IMG/VR virus record: IMGVR_UViG_3300047474_000437 | Coordinates: 1 to 38,087 of that record | Direction: 5' to 3' (one strand) | DNA: 38,087 nt | From: a virus | Lineage: Duplodnaviria > Caudoviricetes | Shown here: piece after piece, positions 36,832 through 38,087 of the stretch | Layout of the letters: every line of letters starts with the position of its first letter | How positions within the stretch are numbered: position 1 is the stretch's first letter | Translations under genes and position numbers: made by a program | The notes under the pieces: generated by a model | What the model saw: the letters and a program-made list of their open reading frames with translations, nothing else | What the model was told of the DNA's origin: nothing | Databases searched by the model: none

Positions 36832-37534
36832 TTTTTAATATTTCGTAAGTTTCTTCCCATCCAGATACTTTATGGGTTCTACCTACACCTTTTTTCTTAA
36901 TTGCTTGTGCTAGTGTATAATCATTACCGCCATCAAAGATAGCATCGCCGAAAAATATAATTGTATCAGATTTTGTAAAATCTTTAAGTATTTGACTTTT
37001 ATCAGAACCAGTAGGAGCAATATCAATTCCAGTTTCCCCTCCTACAGTTGCAGTCACGCCCTTGAATTCATCATCATTATAATTGATATACAATGCCATG
37101 TTTTCACGTTCATTATATTCTTTATCCCACTTTACATATTCAGCACGTTGTTCAGTACTGGCACCCCGCCCCACAACTGAGAAGTTAACCATACCCGGAC
37201 GTTCTTCAATATGAGTACCTGTTAGGTGCGGAAACTTTGTATTGTCTAACCAGTATCTTAATGTTTGATGTGCAGGGACTGAAATATTCCATGAATTATT
37301 ACGCACATTAACGCCCTTTTCCCACACTGAGTTACCATTACAGTTGTATGAACGTTTCACAGAATTAAATAGACCATTTCCTATTTGCTCAATAGTCTTT
37401 GGCGCGTCACTTCCTGTTGCAAGATATACATTATTTGATTTACAGAACTTTAACATGAAACGCAAGAAAGAGGCATTAATTGCCCCTCTACTTGGTGTTA
37501 GTGTTCCATCCACATCAAAAATATATTTAAGCAT
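36818..37534 (-). CDS. HAD-IIB hydrolase, eukaryote-type phosphomannomutase-like
   Basis: FDVDGTLTPSR, TGSD, IEERPGMVNFSVVGR, GGETGIDIAP..SDK, FFGD....GGND; likely ATG 37534. Confidence 0.85.
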   Translation of the reverse strand: MLKYIFDVDGTLTPSRGAINASFLRFMLKFCKSNNVYLATGSDAPKTIEQIGNGLFNSVKRSYNCNGNSVWEKGVNVRNNSWNISVPAHQTLRYWLDNTKFPHLTGTHIEERPGMVNFSVVGRGASTEQRAEYVKWDKEYNERENMALYINYNDDEFKGVTATVGGETGIDIAPTGSDKSQILKDFTKSDTIIFFGDAIFDGGNDYTLAQAIKKKGVGRTHKVSGWEETYEILKNVYG

Positions 37535-38087
37535 GTGGGTATGCTTTGTTAAGAATTGCAGCCATTTCATCTGGTGCTTTCGCTAGATTTTGTAAGTCCC
37601 ATTCACCACACCAACGTAAGAAGTTAATCCCTACGCCCGCTTTTGTCTTGGGTACACTACGTTCAGCAATAGTTTCAATGAACTTTACTTTGAGATCATG
37701 CGGTTGTGCAGTAAGATCGATCAATTTTTTATTACGTTCATACATATCACGCACTGTGTGTTCTTCGCCATTATGGTCAGTCCACCGTTGTAACATAAAG
37801 TTATTCCAATTAAAACCTCCAGTATCACGGTCTTCATATGCTTCAATCATACCAACTTTATTCTTAGTCCCTTTCTTTCTGCAACCAGGATATGCACTAA
37901 AGATATTATCACTTGTGTCACCGCGGATACATTTCTCAAATAGTAACCATTCAGGATCAGGTGCGGGCATCACTTCTTTAGTCTTCTTATCTTTGATAGG
38001 AGTACGTTTTTTATCATCCTTAAAAAACCCATTGGGAGTAATGATACGATTTTGTACTCCATCATAGATAGTTACATTATCACAAAT
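37527..38087 (-). CDS. RNase H / 5'-3' exonuclease (T4 rnh-like), C-terminal part (5' truncated)
   Basis: Frame open to the window edge (ICDNVTIYDGVQNR...); KCIRGDTSDNIFSAYPG H3TH motif, YERNKKLIDLTAQP. Confidence 0.85.
   Translation of the reverse strand: MCDNVTIYDGVQNRIITPNGFFKDDKKRTPIKDKKTKEVMPAPDPEWLLFEKCIRGDTSDNIFSAYPGCRKKGTKNKVGMIEAYEDRDTGGFNWNNFMLQRWTDHNGEEHTVRDMYERNKKLIDLTAQPHDLKVKFIETIAERSVPKTKAGVGINFLRWCGEWDLQNLAKAPDEMAAILNKAYPHA

Noticed and set aside
3408-37586. Short ORF-track entries antisense to or nested in long genes (e.g. 3408-3593, 19352-19717, 22078-22332, 28595-28870, 35338-35667)
   Set aside because: They lie mostly or wholly within motif-bearing genes and show no recognisable motifs; treated as shadow ORFs.
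37546-38067. 173-aa + strand ORF
   Set aside because: Antisense shadow of the RNase H gene.
1-38087. Stop-codon recoding, introns, inteins or tRNAs
   Set aside because: Genes are full length under code 11 and end in TAA, TAG and TGA; intergenic gaps are short and explained by promoters and terminators; no cloverleaf or intein motif seen by eye.

Overview
AT-rich, gene-dense segment of a large lytic dsDNA phage, by inference a jumbo or T4-superfamily myovirus. Evidence: T4-style thyA, an RNase H/5'-3' exonuclease, a MoxR AAA+/VWA pair and (G/T)ATAAATA late-type promoters. No cellular housekeeping context is present. Left part (1-27011, + strand): the end of a probable virion protein gene, then a ~26 kb tailoring-enzyme locus with 4 GT-A-like glycosyltransferases, 7 radical SAM enzymes, 3 SGNH-fold proteins, a NodU/CmcH carbamoyltransferase preceded by an unannotated 37-aa PFIY peptide, methyltransferase and kinase domains, a 2OG-Fe(II) oxygenase and a QueC-like PP-loop enzyme. 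A 1.45 kb opposite-strand cassette of small genes interrupts this locus. Right part (27039-38087, - strand): thyA, MazG-like, HNH, VWA/MoxR, SbmA/BacA, a COG3904-like protein, a PMM-like HAD and RNase H. Two things stand out: the substrate-unknown modification locus, and three sigma70 promoters with TGATTCG (the GANTC/GcrA-type motif) at an identical spacer position, suggesting control by alphaproteobacterial CcrM/GcrA. All family calls come from motif reading; no database search was run.
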